Shown here in pieces: positions 1 to 12,878 of a stretch of 64,000 bases of DNA. The notes beneath the pieces are model-generated. The model did not search any database. It worked only from the letters and a program-made list of their open reading frames with translations, and was not told where the DNA came from. The translations under genes and the position numbers were made by a program. The DNA is taken from assembly GCA_951406725.2 (NCBI GenBank), contig OX597823.1, positions 96,782,001 through 96,846,000 of the forward strand. Direction: 5' to 3'. Source of the DNA: Octopus vulgaris (lineage: Eukaryota). Each line of letters begins with the position of its first letter. The first letter of the stretch is position 1.

Positions 1-380
1 CCAAGAGCACCATCTGAGTGTGACCTTTGCCAGAGCAGCTATCTGCCTTTCGTGCCGGTGGCACGTAAAAGGGCACCATTCGAGCGTGATCGTTACCAAC
101 GGCACCTTACTGGCACCTGTGCTGGTGGCATGTGTAAAGAAATTCGAGCAAGGTCATTACCAGTACCGTCTGACTGACCCTCGTGCCTGTGGCACGTAAA
201 AAGCACCCACTACCCTCTCGGAGTGGTTGGCATTAGGAAGGGCATCCAGCTGTAGAAACTCTGCCAGATCAAGATTGAAGCCTGGTGCAGCCATCTGGTT
301 CGCCAGCCCTCAGTCAAAATCGTCCAAGCCATGCTAGCATGGAAAGCGGACGTTAAACGATGATGATGATGATGATGATG
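1..380 (+). mobile_element. RTE-type LINE 3' tail (family C) with repeated GTGCCGGTGGCACGTAAAA hairpin units and (GAT)n end; 5' part outside window
   Basis: Same GGAGTGGTTGGC-TTAGGAAGGGCATCCAGCTGTAGAAAC...CCATGCTAGCATGGAAA..GGACGTTAAA(GAT)n end as copies at 9850-10032, 35320-35505 and 46430-46600. A related tail directly follows an RTE ORF end at 46785-46940. Confidence 0.75.
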
Positions 381-1164
381 ATATATATTGGGTTTGTTTC
401 AGCTAATTGTGTGTTGTGATGATTGTAAAGGCACAATGTTGACTAAAACAACCTATAGATGTGTTCTATGATACATTATATCGTTCATATAGCTGAGACT
501 GAATCATACAATGTGTTCTTGGTGTTTTTTTAAAAAGATGTTAGGATGTGGTTCAAGTGAGCTTTTGCTGCTATTTCTAGCATATCAAGTGACCACATAG
601 AGGCTCTTCGCTTTGATTTGGTTTTTACTGGGCAGCTTACATAATGAAAGCTACTGCTTTAGAAAGAAAGAAAGAAAGGAAGGAAGGAATTTTCTCAGTT
701 GATTTCTCTCTTGCTGGATTACATATGTTTGTCTCAAATAATCTCTTGGTTAATTAACAATCAATTACTCATTGACCAATTAAACGGTGCTTATGTTGCA
801 TGAAAGATAAAAATGCACGAAACAAAACAACAAAAATGCCGGTTCCTTAGTCTAAAAAAATGCTGTGTTATAACTTGTGTTTTCTGTATGAGAATTAATT
901 GAAGGCGAGAACAACTATTTGTCCAAAAACGAGAATAGATTTACGCCAGACACGTACTTGTGTGTATTTCTATGCGTTTGTTCATGTGTGTACATTATGT
1001 AAATAAATGCGTGCATAAACAATTTTCTTTTGCTATGAGTTCTACGTCTATTTGTGGTGTCCTGTACTCACGTATATATATTTATATATACATGTAGATG
1101 TAGGTACGTACATATATGTATGCATATATTTTATTTATTACACTATATATATATATATATATAG

Positions 1165-1475
1165 CTGTCTGCAAGCCTCTCTGCTTTTCCCCCCTCTCTC
1201 CCTCTCCCAACTATTTCTCTCTCTTTCTTGTCTCTTTCTATTTTTTCTGTTTTTCTTCTGTCTTTCTCTCTCTACTTTTCTCATATCTATTTATTAATCT
1301 CTTTCTCCGCTTGACGATCTCTCTACTCTCTCTCCTATTTGTCTTTCTATCTGCTATTTATTTTCCTCATATCTCTCAGACTGTCTCTATCTCCGTTGTA
1401 CTTCTCTCTCTCTCTTTCTTTCTCTCTCTCTCTTTCTTTCTCTCTCTCTCTTTCTTTCTCTCTCTCTCTTTCTAA
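1165..1475. repeat. Polypyrimidine (CT/CTTT)n low-complexity tract
   Basis: Direct reading; explains the Ser/Leu/Phe ORFs. Confidence 0.9.
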
Positions 1476-1852
1476 TATTCATCTTACCTCCTCCTACTCC
1501 CCCTCACACCTCTTGACTTAAAACAGGTGTTGTCCATAAAAGTCCATAATGGCCTTATAAATTAATCTTAGATAATTAGGCACTGCTAATTATTATTATT
1601 CGTTCAGTGTAATTTCATGGCGTAATATTAAACAGCAAACAGTGCAACATGTACCCCCTCATACACATTCTCGTTTTATGATAGATTGCATTAAAAGAAC
1701 CTTGACTAATATTATCACAACGGTTTTATATTATTAATAACGACTCCCTTAAACCAGTCAACTGGAAAAAAAAAGTAAAAAAAAAATCAGTTATTTGGGT
1801 TAAGTCAGTACGGAAATGTAAATGGTAGTTCGTTTATTTATTTATACCTTGT

Positions 1853-2392
1853 ATTTGTTTCAGTCATTAGACCAGTGGTTTTCAACCTAGTTCCGCCAGT
1901 ACAGTCCAGGGGTTCCGCAAGAAGTTACAAAACTGCTAAAGTCGACAGTAATTTTTAATTCTCCTGTGCAGATATGTGTGCATAGGACAATTAAATTATT
2001 GCACAGGGGTTCCTCGAGCCAGTGAAATGTTTTCTTGGGGTTCTGCTCCAGCAAAAAGTTTGAAAAGCACTGCATTAGACTGTTGCCATGCTGGGGCACC
2101 AATATGAAGGGACCCCAGTATTTACTTAAGCCTTGTATTGATTATTTTGTTGAACCACCAAGTTTCGGGGGTGTAAAGAAACTAATATGCGTTATCAAGC
2201 AGTGATAGGGAACAATCACACACACACACACAACAGGCTTCTTTCAGTTTCTGTCTACCAAATTCCCTCATAAGGCTTTCGTCAGCCCAAAGCTGTAGTA
2301 GAAAACACTTTCTTAAAATGTTATGCAGTGGGATGAACTCAGAACTGTGTGGTTGGGAAGTGAACTTCCCGCCACACACCCACACTTGTGCC
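1853..2392 (-). mobile_element. SINE family A (tRNA-like head), interrupted by a hAT MITE
   Basis: Reverse complement of the family A head (TGGCTGTGTGG A-box, GTTCAGTCCC B-box) and tail (CAGCATGGC..CAGTC.AATGACTGAAAC), diverged. Confidence 0.75.
1873..2072. mobile_element. hAT-type MITE
   Basis: TIRs CAGTGGTTTTCAAC / TTTGAAAAGCACTG; perfect 8-bp TSD CATTAGAC (1865-1872, 2073-2080). Confidence 0.9.
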
Positions 2393-3393
2393 ATATTTAT
2401 CTAATTGATGTTTTGCCTTAGGCCTGTCCTGATTAAAGAGACCAACAATCGAAGGCATTCTAGTCATGACCATCTCAACTTTTTTCATGTATCTTGAACA
2501 GCACTGTGCACAGTGTTTTTTTTGGGTGGGAGGGAAGATTGTTAAGCGGTATTATACAATATAATTTGAGGGTGATTTGGTAGTTATTTCTATCATGAGC
2601 AGCCATGTAGGAACTTATTTCATTGACCTTTAATGTATGTCTAAAGTCTCCCTTAATTTTATTAAAAGAATCATGTATATCATTATACAATATATGTTGC
2701 ATGTTCATTTGTGGAAGTAACAAAAGAAGCAAACTTTAAAATAACAGTGAAACTTTATTCCTTCGTGAAATGGTTCAGTGGATCCAAAGCAAGAAACATT
2801 GTGAATTCTGGTGGTTGGTCATCTGTCATTTGGATAATTCAGCTTGGGTCATCGTTGGTTGCATGGGGTCCATTATATTAACTCTCTTCTGTAAAACACT
2901 GGGTTCTATGTAACTCACCCTGTTGAAAAACTCTCACCCCTCTGACTTGTAAAAAATTTGTTGAACAATTTATGGGAAAAAGGAGGCTCCAAAACACATG
3001 GATTAGTTGTTTGAAAATATATTACATGCAACATGATTGGACCTTTGATCCAATTCCCATGCAACACTCAACCAATCACAACACAGAACTCAACAAATGT
3101 CCAAACACTCACATGATAGCTATGTTGACCAGTCACTATAGATTAACCTGGGAACAACATTATTGTCTGTGTCTGGCTATTAACATTCTTGCTTGGTGTT
3201 AGCCATTTATCATCTGTTTTATCCATATGTCGTTGGTTATTATCCACCTGTTGCATGCTTCATGTTTGCAGCCAAGATTTTTGGGAAACCATATTTATTT
3301 GCTTTTGTCTTAAATATAAAATTGTTATTTCGTTTTGGGATTTGGTTTGCAAGATTCTTTATGTGAGTTTGTGTGTTAAAGCATTTTCTGTTG

Positions 3394-3620
3394 TGTCTGG
3401 GGAGAGTCATTTTCTTTTTGTGCCTTATAATGTAGCACACTCACCGGTAAAATTTCCACTTATTTCTTATTTTTATTTTCCTTAAGTTTTCTTGACTATT
3501 GAAAGGGTTGCAAGATGCAATGAAAATTTTAGGAAAATAAAAATAAGAAATAAGTGGAAAATTTTACCAGTGAGTTTGTTAAATTATAAGGCATGAAAAG
3601 AAAATGACTCTCCCCAGACA
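3394..3620. mobile_element. Palindromic element (~98-bp arms) with hammerhead-like motif at its centre; probable Penelope-like terminal repeat fragment
   Basis: Arms 3394-3491 and 3522-3620 are near reverse complements. Centre 3496-3532 reads CTA-TTGAAAG-GGTTGC-AAGAT-GCAAT-GAAA-AT-TT-TAG. Confidence 0.7.
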
Positions 3621-3648
3621 AAATTGTTAGTCTTTTCTTTAAATATAG

Positions 3649-4480
3649 AATGAGCTCTTCAACATTGAATTTTGTGAATTTGTCAGAAAGTATTAATGTG
3701 GGGAAATACGCAGCGAAGTTGTTTGTTTTTTTCAAGAGAAGGATGTTATACCTAAGAAGATGTATAGGAGGGGAACATTTTATGAACTTGAAACTAAACA
3801 CCATGGCTGTGTTTATTGGAGGAGTAGTAAATGTCCTGAGTCTGTCTCTGTGAGAAAAAGCACATGGTTGGAAGAGGGCGACTCTTCTTCTTAAGAACTA
3901 CAGCTCTGTTTTTTGTATTTCTTGGTGAAAGAACTGACCACAATTTATTTTTGTGTGGAAGAGTTAGGAATCAGCAGTGTTTGACTTTAATTACAGCAAT
4001 TATTTACGAAGCATGTGCAGAGGATTGGTGGTCCTGACCAGACTGTCAATATTGACAAGATGATGTTTCCCAGGCAGAAATACACCCAAGGAAGAATGCT
4101 GTCTGAACAGCGAGTCTTCAGCAATATGTGCCATGAGACACAAGAGGCATCTCTTTATGTTGTGTCTACTTGGAATTGTGGCACATTAGAAGAGTGCATT
4201 TGACAATCAGTTCTACTGGGAAAATCTTTCAAAGGCTTCTCACAGAAAATTAATGTGGTTTTCATTATGATCATGCAAAAACTATAATCAACATAGAAAA
4301 TTTGAAACTCCTCTCACAAGTCTGACAGTGTCAACATACTGAACGATCAGTGGAGGTGATTTAACATTTTGCTTGAAACAATCAGAACTGTGCTCACTGC
4401 AAAGACATTCACTCAGCACTTGGATGTAATTCACTATAAATATCAGGAATAGTAAAGTTTTTCGTAAAGACAGTAGAAGG
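3649..4480 (+). pseudogene. Decayed Merlin/IS1016-like (ISXO2) DDE transposase
   Basis: ORF 4015-4203 IGGPDQTVNIDKMMFPRQKYTQGRMLSEQRVFSNMCHETQEASLYVV matches the Merlin motif IGGxxxxVEIDESxFxxRKYxxGRxxxxQWVFGxxxRET. Downstream NQHRKFETPLT / QHTERS matches VNHSxxFVDPxTGxHTQxIE. Multiple stops and frameshifts. Confidence 0.75.
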
Positions 4481-5034
4481 ATTTTAAAAAGAGTCAATCA
4501 ACTTCATAATCTATTAAAATATTTGCAATTATTTTGTCTGCTTTACAAGCAAATTAGCTGTACTAGCCTTGATTTTTAAATTGTTAATTGCACTGAAATG
4601 CTTTAAGTGCTTGGTGAGTGTCTTTGCTATGAGCATTGCGCAGTTCTGGTTGTTTTAAACAAAATGTTAGCCCCACTTCATTTGGCTCGTAGGCTGACAC
4701 TATTAAATTTCAATTGAGTTATTATAAACCATTGAAATACTTGTCAGTTTACACAGTCTTGTTACAAGAGATGAACATCACCTACTCATGTTACTTATTT
4801 AAATTGCTTGTTGTACTGGAGAGTCCTAACGAGTGGAGGATACTGATGAGAAAAGGAAAGCTAATGACTTTTTGGCTGATACTCCCCTCCATGTTCTATC
4901 AACCCCGTGGCATTACCAGAAGATAGAGGTTCTTTTGGTGAGTTTTAGAATAGCTATCTCTACCTCATAGGGAAAGGAAGTGACAAGGAATGGGAGGGAC
5001 TTTTTTTTATCTTTAGTATTCCAGTATTTCACTG

Positions 5035-5248
5035 CTGTTGTTTTAACATCCACTTTTCCTTGCCAGCATGGATCAGACAGGATTTGTTGAATCAGATTTT
5101 CTTCCTCTCACCAATCTTCACCTGTTTTCAAGTCAGGTAATATTTCCCCATGGTCAGATGTTTTCACAGAAGATTGGAAACAAAGCGCCCTGCTTTCATA
5201 AGGGTGACACTTGTTTACAACTATTATGTAATGTTAAGACAAGGAAAC

Positions 5249-5294
<46 letters not shown>

Positions 5295-5490
5295 CCCCCC
5301 CCTCTCTCTCTCTTTCACTCACACACACATGTAGATATACATATATGATGAGCTTCTTTGAGTTGCTCTCTATCAAGTCTATTCACAAGGGCTGTAGTAG
5401 AAGGTGCTTGCCCAAGGTGCCATGCAGTGAGACTGAACCAGAAACCATGTGGTTGGGAAGCAAGCTTCTTATCCCACACAGCCACACTTA
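5035..5490 (-). mobile_element. SINE A head joined to RTE-type tail (family A2)
   Basis: Reverse-complement family A head 5345-5490, a microsatellite, then a tail resembling that of 23520-23770. Confidence 0.65.
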
Positions 5491-6173
5491 CAGTTCTAAA
5501 TTTTTTTCATAGAATTTCAATTTTTTCCTCATATTTTGTCCCCCAATTCTGTGCTTTTTCCCCTTCCTCATGAGGTACTGATAGCCATTCCAAAGCCAAC
5601 CCTTCTTTAACTCAATTTAAGAGAATGATTTTAAGCTTTGCTCTAAAACAGTTTTGAGTTTATAACCCCCAGAAGAGTGGCCCCAAAAGAATGTGCTGGG
5701 GTACATTAGTGTGCAACAAAATGTAACTAGGTACACTATGAAAACAATTAAATTATATTTTTGAAAATTTGAAAAACACAAACTGAAATTTCAAATATAA
5801 TTCTGATAACTAACCATGCTATTTTTTTACTTCTTACTGAGTCAAGTTGAAAAGATTTGATAATTTTCTGCAGTTCAGTCTCCTCCTCTTCTGCATCGTC
5901 ATCATCATCTTCATCTTCATCATCATCCTCATCACCATTGTTATTTTACATCCAACTTCCAATCTAAAATAGCTGATGTACATTAACAAATTTAAGTCAC
6001 ACATTTAAAAAGAAAAAAATCTAAATAACCACAGTTTAATTATAAAATTAATTATAATCAATAATAATAAAATATTTTCTTTAATTAATAAATCTACTTG
6101 AATTTCAGAATGTTGAAATAATGATAATAATAATAATAATAATAATAGTAGTAGTAGTAGTAGTAGTAGCAGC

Positions 6174-6212
<39 letters not shown>

Positions 6213-6732
6213 TTTTGTTTGTTTAAATTACTAAACAGCAGGGTAAAAGCTGAGAATTTTAATTTGATTTTTTAAAAAAAATTTATCTTGAAATCTTTAT
6301 ATACAAAGAATTCAGAGCAATTGTTGTTGGTTGTTGTTTAGATCTAGGTCAGCCCTGATTGAACAGACTTAACCAAACTATAATAAAAAAAATATACCAA
6401 CTGCAACTATCCTGTCGTTTCCCTATAAGCAGGAAACCAAGGAATGCATAATCCAGTATGTTCCTTTCCAATATGACAGGGTGGTAATATTTGAAGGAGA
6501 TTTGGCTATCATTTCTAATAGGTTGAGCAACCACATAGATTGGCCTTCATTGAAAGCAATTTGTTCCTATTCAAAGCACCCAGTATAGTTTGGTCATACA
6601 CTCTATATAAGATTAGTGTCACTTTATTAAATATGTTTATGCCATTATTAGGGTCTTCTGAAAAGCTTTACACTCTACTCTCCCTCAACAACAAGAAAAA
6701 AGGGACAGTAAGACTTCACACACACTCACACC

Positions 6733-6776
<44 letters not shown>

Positions 6777-6944
6777 TACATATTCATGCACTTATTCTTG
6801 TGACCTATCCTTTATCAATATGTTTTAACTATCCTATTGTTTGTAGAAACAAGCCATTTCCTTCCTGTAAATTCCATAAGTTCTTTTTCAAAGCTTTTAA
6901 TAGTTTAAAATGTAATTTCTCATTCTAAATAAACTCTGTAATAC

Positions 6945-7136
6945 TGACTTGGCTGTGTGGTTAAGAAGCTTGCTTACCAACTCTATGGCTGTGAGTTCAG
7001 TTCCTACTATGTAGCACCTTGAACAAATGTCTTCTGTGACAGCATCTGGGCTAACAAAAGCCTTGTAAGTGGATTTGCTAAATGGAAACTGAAAGAAGAC
7101 TGCTGAGCCTGGTTTTATATATGTGTATTTGTTTGC

Positions 7137-7204
<68 letters not shown>

Positions 7205-7510
7205 TTGTTTGCTTGTGTGTGTGTGTGTGTGCGTGTATTTTTTTGCTTGTGTGTGTGTGTGTGTGTATTTGTCTGCTTGTGTGTGTGTGTGTGACTCCTC
7301 TTTGCATTGTATTATAGCTGTAAAAGAGTGCCACCATCATGCAAGCAGTGTTTAATTTCTAGTCTTCTGTGAAAACATGTCTGGCCATGGAGAAATATTA
7401 TTGTCCTTGGGAATAGATGAAGAATGGTAACAGGAACGGCATCTAGCCATAAGCATTAGTCTCAATGAACTCTCTCCAACCCATGCTAGCATTGAAAAGT
7501 GGATATTAAA
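6945..7510 (+). mobile_element. SINE family A2 with expanded internal (TG)n
   Basis: TGGCTGTGTGGTTAAGAAG head; (TG)n 7120-7292; tail ending CCATGCTAGCATTGAAAAGTGGATATTAAA. Confidence 0.7.
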
Positions 7511-7789
7511 TCAAAGACAATGGATGCTGAATTCCACCATTGATATTATAACACAAATACATTTTAAAGAGGAGCATCCAGCCACAGGAACCAAACAAAT
7601 GTAGACATTGGCTTGCTAGTTCCTGTTAAACTGTCTAACCCATGCCAGCATGGAAAACTGATGTTAAATAACGAGGATAATATATACAATTGAATGAAAT
7701 GATAATCCAGTATATTACCGGTACATGTTTTTTGACTCTAAACAAATGAAAAGCAAAGTGGTAAGATTTGAACTGAGAACATTGAGGTA

Positions 7790-8282
7790 GGTGCAAGCGT
7801 GGTTGTGTGGTAAGTTTGCTTCACATGATTCTGGGTTCAGTCCCACTGGGCAAGTGTTCTCTATTATAGTCTCAGGCCACTTGTGAGTGAATTTGGTAGA
7901 TGGAAAATGATAGAAGCCTGTTGTGTGTGTGTCTTTGTGTCAGCCTTTGTTCCCCACCACTGCTTGACAACCAGTGTTGGTTTGTGCATGACTCAGCACT
8001 GTTTCTACCATTCTCAATTTCTTGCCATTTTCTATATGAGTATATTAAAGTGAAACAAGTACTTTCTTGGGTAAATATATTTATCTTTATACAAACCACT
8101 GGCAACTAAGTCACCATGACTTAGTGGTTCAACAAAAGAGAACCAATAGAATAAGTACCAGGCTTTAAAAAATATATAAGTATTGGGGTTGATTCATATG
8201 ATTGAAAATTCTTCAAAGCCATGCCCCAGCATGGCCACAGTCTAATGACTGAAACACGTAAAAGATAAAAAATAAAAAGATA
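7790..8282 (+). mobile_element. SINE family A carrying a 120-bp foreign insert (7988-8107)
   Basis: Family A head and tail on either side; the insert matches 11828-11947. Confidence 0.8.
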
Positions 8283-9099
8283 TTTCTTTGGATACAACAA
8301 GGAATTTTGTGGTATTTAGTGTTTAAGTCTTTGAGTTTTCACCAAAATTAGATTGGATTTGCTTGTGCCTCATCCAAAATCTGTTAATTTTTTTCTAATT
8401 TTTATCTAATCTTCTGTTAGGCCTTGCTTGTATTTGTTGCTGTTCTTTGCATCCTGAGTTCAAACTGTGCTAAAGTCAGTTCTGTGTTTCATGAGAGGTC
8501 GATAATGAATGAAGTATCAGTCAAGTGCTGGGGTACAACCCTCACCTCCACCCTCTTTCTCACCATTTATCACCTTGGATACTCCACTGGGTGGTAGGGT
8601 CGAGAGGGAGGTCAGTGCTTGCTCTGAAGAACATTAGTACCTGAAAAAGATTAGGGAAAGACATCTTGCATGCTGTGCTGATACCAAATCATGGTTGGCT
8701 GCCATATTTTGTTAAGCCTTATCTTACTTTTATATATATACACATATATATCTATATGTATGTATCTATCTATATATATATATATGTGTGTGTATGGGTG
8801 TGTGAATGTAAATGGTTCATTTTATGTGAGATAAACAAGAATTACATACCTGGGTTAGTATTTTATTTGATTGGTCTTATGCTCAGCTTGTTAAAAAAAA
8901 CAAGGTCTGGGAATGTAATCCTGGTTTATCTCATATATAAAGAAACTCACATACACTCACACATACACATGCATCTATCTATGTATGTGTGCATGTGTAC
9001 GTGTGTGTGTTTGTGTGTATATATACACCTACACACACACACAAACATACACACACATTTATGAATATACATGTGTATATATTTGTGTATTTGTGTATG

Positions 9100-9144
<45 letters not shown>

Positions 9145-9182
9145 ATAAATGTGTATATGTATGTGTGTGTGTATATATATAT

Positions 9183-10030
9183 CAAATCAAATCAAATCAA
9201 AATAGATGAACATCAATGGAATTTGTATCTTTGTGGTACCAGTGCCGGTGGCACACAAGAAAACCATCCGAACGTGGCCGTAGCCAGTACCGCATCGACT
9301 GGCCTCCGTGCCGTGGGCACGCAACAAACACCATCCGATCGTGGCCGTTCGCCAGCCTCATCTGGCACCTGTGTCGGTGGCACATAAAAACACCATCCGA
9401 AGACCTGGCAAGACTAGTCAGGCCATAACCCGTGGCCCCTACCTGGGACGTAGTCAGTCCACCTGTGCATACCTTCCTTCTTGTGACACTTGTGAAGACC
9501 TGTTGAGGCAAGTGAAAATCAAAATCAAATCAAATCAAAACAAATCAAAATAGATGAACATCAATGGAATTTGTATCTTTGTGGTACCAGTGCCGGTGGC
9601 ACACAAGAAAATCATCCGAACGTGGCCGTAGCCAGTACCGCATAGACTGGCCTCCGTGCTTTGGGGACGTAACAAACACCATCCGATCGTGGCCGTCCGC
9701 CAGCCTCATCTGGCACCTGTGTCGGTGGCACATAAAAACACCATCCGAGCGTGGCCGTCTGCCAGCCTCGTCTGGCACCTGTGTCGGTGGCACATAAAAA
9801 CACCATCCGAGCGTGGCCGTTCGCCAGCCTCGTCTGGCACCTGTGTCGGTGGCACATAAAATCACCCACTACACTCTCGGAGTGGTTGGCGTTAGGAAGG
9901 GCATCCAGCTGTAGAAACACTGCCAGATCTGACTGGCCTGGTGCAGCCTTCGGGCTCCCCAGACCCCAGTTGAACCGTCCAACCCATGCTAGCATGGAAA
10001 ACGGACGCTAAATGATGATGATGATGATGA

Positions 10031-10032
<2 letters not shown>
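9183..10032 (+). mobile_element. Young 5'-truncated RTE-type LINE 3' end with duplicated 5' segment and ~60-bp internal tandem units
   Basis: 9183-9400 is repeated at 9531-9748. Unit CCATCCGAGCGTGGCCGTTCGCCAGCCTCGTCTGGCACCTGTGTCGGTGGCACATAAAAACA occurs x3 at 9679-9860. (CAAAT)n and (GAT)n tail present; CpGs retained. Confidence 0.8.
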
Positions 10033-10078
<46 letters not shown>

Positions 10079-10109
10079 ATATATGTATATATATATATAT
10101 ATATATATC

Positions 10110-10483
10110 TGTGTGGTAAGAAGCTTCCTTCCCAACCACATGGTTCTGGGTTCAGTCCCACTGTATGGCACCTTGGGCCAACCAAAGCCTTGTGAGTGGA
10201 TTTAGTAGACGGAAACTGAAAGAAGCCCATCGTATATATGTAAATATATGTACATGATTATGAGTATGTGTGTCTGTGTTTATCGCCCTGCCATCACTTG
10301 ATAACCGATGTTAGTGTGTTTACATTCTTGTAACTTAGCAGTTTGGCAATAAAGACTGAGAGAATAAGTACTAGGCTTACAAAGTATAAGTCCTGGGGTT
10401 GATATGTTCAACTAAAACCCTTTAAGGTGGTGCCCCAGCATAGCTGCAGTCAAATGACTGAAACAAGTAAAAGAATAAAAGAA
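10110..10483 (+). mobile_element. SINE family A
   Basis: Head GTGTGGTAAGAAGCTT...GGTTCAGTCCCAC...CCTTGGGC; tail ...AATGACTGAAACAAGTAAAAGAATAAAAGA. Confidence 0.85.
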
Positions 10484-10495
10484 TATATATATATA

Positions 10496-10895
10496 CAAGG
10501 TGACCCCCAAAAAAGACAAAACCCACAACTCTTTGAATAAAATGATGCAGAGGGGATAGATCAAAATGAAGAATGGTTCCAGCAAGACGGGGCCACCCCT
10601 CACACATCAAATGACTCTCTAGCCTGTCTGAGAGCATGATTTCAGGAGAGACTGACCAGCAGAAAGTATGACGTTGAGTGGGCACCACATTCACTGGACT
10701 TGAACCCCCAGATTTTTATCCATTGGGGTATCTTAGGGATAATGTTTACCAGAACAACCCTCAAACGATTGGTGAACTGAAGGCAGCAATCACAACAGAA
10801 ATCAAGGAAATCCCCAAAGAGGAATTTGTTTGAGTAATTGACAATTTTGCGTGACACATGCGAGTGTTTGCCTGGCGTATGCCATTTGGAGCCTA
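10496..10895 (+). pseudogene. Internally deleted Tc1/mariner element of the DD41D (rosa-like) type; C-terminal catalytic fragment
   Basis: TA-CAAGGTGACCCC end, then WFQQDGATPHTSNDSLACLRA*FQERLTSRKYDVEWAPHSLDLNP/DFYPLGYLRDNVYQNNPQTIGELKAAI. 41 residues lie between the last two D after restoring a 1-nt frameshift. Confidence 0.8.
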
Positions 10896-11365
10896 AAATA
10901 TATATATCTTATATATATATTTTTTTCTGGTGAAGGCCAGTTTATGATGTTACCCTGGGTTTCTCATCCATATATAAACATATCTAAATTGAGGGAGTGG
11001 AGCAGATAAAATTCAGGCTACAAGTTGCTAGTCGTGAACTGTAAAACAATTTTTCAGCTTATTGAATGTCGATATGGGAAAAGCCTACAACCCTCGCCAA
11101 TACATTAATATTGTTCTTCAACATTGTTTTTTATGCCTACCACAGACTACTTACAAACTTCCTACACTTAGATCTTTGGATCTTATAATTACATATATGT
11201 GTATAATTATAATTACATGTGTGTGTGCGCGTGTGTGTGTGTGTGTGTATCAAATAGTTCTTTCATTTGATTAGGCAGAAGTTCGATAATTTGGGAGATT
11301 GGTGTATTGTAATCAATTGAATTGGTACTGGTTTATTACAGGTATTTGATATTTAATTCACCTAA

Positions 11366-11580
11366 GGTGGCAAGATGGCTGAATTGTTAGCATGCAAGGC
11401 AAAATGCTTGGCAGTATTTCTTCTGTCTTTATGTCCTGAGTTCAAATTCTGCTGAGGTTGGCATTGCCTTTCAATCTTTCAGGGTCGATAAAACAAGTAC
11501 CAGTTGAACACTGAGGTCAGTGTAATCGACTTAAGCCCTTCCCCACAAAGGCTGGCCTTGTGCTAAACTTTGAAACCAAT
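11366..11580 (+). mobile_element. SINE family B, older subfamily
   Basis: CTGAGTTCAAATTCTGC..GCCTTTCA..TTTCAGGGTCGATAAAA..AGTACCAG core; tail GGCCTTGTGC..TTTGAAACC. Confidence 0.8.
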
Positions 11581-11642
11581 ATCTAATTCACCCACAAGCA
11601 GTTGAAAGGCAAAGTTGCCCCTTTAAAAGATTCTGTCTCCTA

Positions 11643-11680
<38 letters not shown>

Positions 11681-12463
11681 CCATCACTTTGTATCTATTT
11701 TCCCATGTTTACATTGGTTTGACAAGTCTTCTGTAACCTCACATCGTGTCACTGGTGAGTCTGAATCATTTCCTTCATGATGTCCTCTTCTAAGATATAA
11801 AATACTAAATGTTGCAAGTACTTTAGTATGACTCAGAACCATTCCTACCATTCTCAATTTCTTGCCTTTTTCTATATAAATATATTAAAGTGAAACAAAT
11901 ACTTTCTTGGGTAAATATATTTATCTTTATACAAACCACTGGCAACTTTATTTTTTTTTTATATTAGCCTTCACAGTTATTTTGTTTTCTTTTTAGCTTG
12001 CCACTCTTAACTGGTCTTTTTTATTTTTCTATGCTACATGGCAACATGTTTATATACACTTTCTCGTGTTACGTAACTTATGAAAGCTATTTTTCATAAG
12101 TAATTTTGTTTAATTAGATTTTAGATATTCGTTATCTGAAATCTGTTTGTAAACTTAGGACTTAACTTATAAAAGAAACAAAAAAGAAAACCCACACAAA
12201 ACGGTTAGGTTTCATGAGATTGTTTTCAGATTCTGTCTTTTATTGTCTGTTATTGTGACCCACCCCTCCCCGTTTACTCCCTCTTTACCCTATCCTTACG
12301 CTTTTTCTAAGCAAATTCACTATTTGTATATTACAGAAATTTTGAAAATAATCAAGAATTTGGAAGTATTTAGTAAATTAACTGACATTCACATTGTTAG
12401 CATGATGATATTTGAAACATAACATAACAAGGGTTTTTGCATATATTTGTCCATGCTACACAG

Positions 12464-12499
<36 letters not shown>

Positions 12500-12878
12500 T
12501 CACACCAACAGATATGCAATCTCTCACTCATATGCATGAATATATACACACATTTAAAGGTTTGACACTGCTTAGCAACATGTAAACAAGACTGAACTTT
12601 TGCAAGAGTTCGCTATAATACTCACATGACAAGGTTCGAGAGATGAAATGAAATTGTTCTGAGATTGAAATAATGTAAACATTCAACAATAAAAAATAAT
12701 AAAAAAGACTGAAAAATATGAAGGAACAGCTTGTGTATTTAACCAATAGATGGCACTGCAGAGTACAGGAAGATTTAAATAAATAACCCTTTCTAATATA
12801 GGCACAAGGCCTGAAATTTCAATGGAGGGGGCAAGTTGATTACATTGACCCCAGTGTGAAACTGGTATTTATTTCATC

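Noticed and set aside
893-953. Plus-strand exon ELIEGENNYLSK
   Set aside because: Weak splice sites; the resemblance to a RhoGEF motif is too short to support.
4843-4870. CTGATGAGAAAAGGAAAG as a hammerhead
   Set aside because: No stems form.
9679-9860. CRISPR-like 60-bp periodic hairpin repeats
   Set aside because: Whole units are near-identical and are part of a LINE 3' tail.
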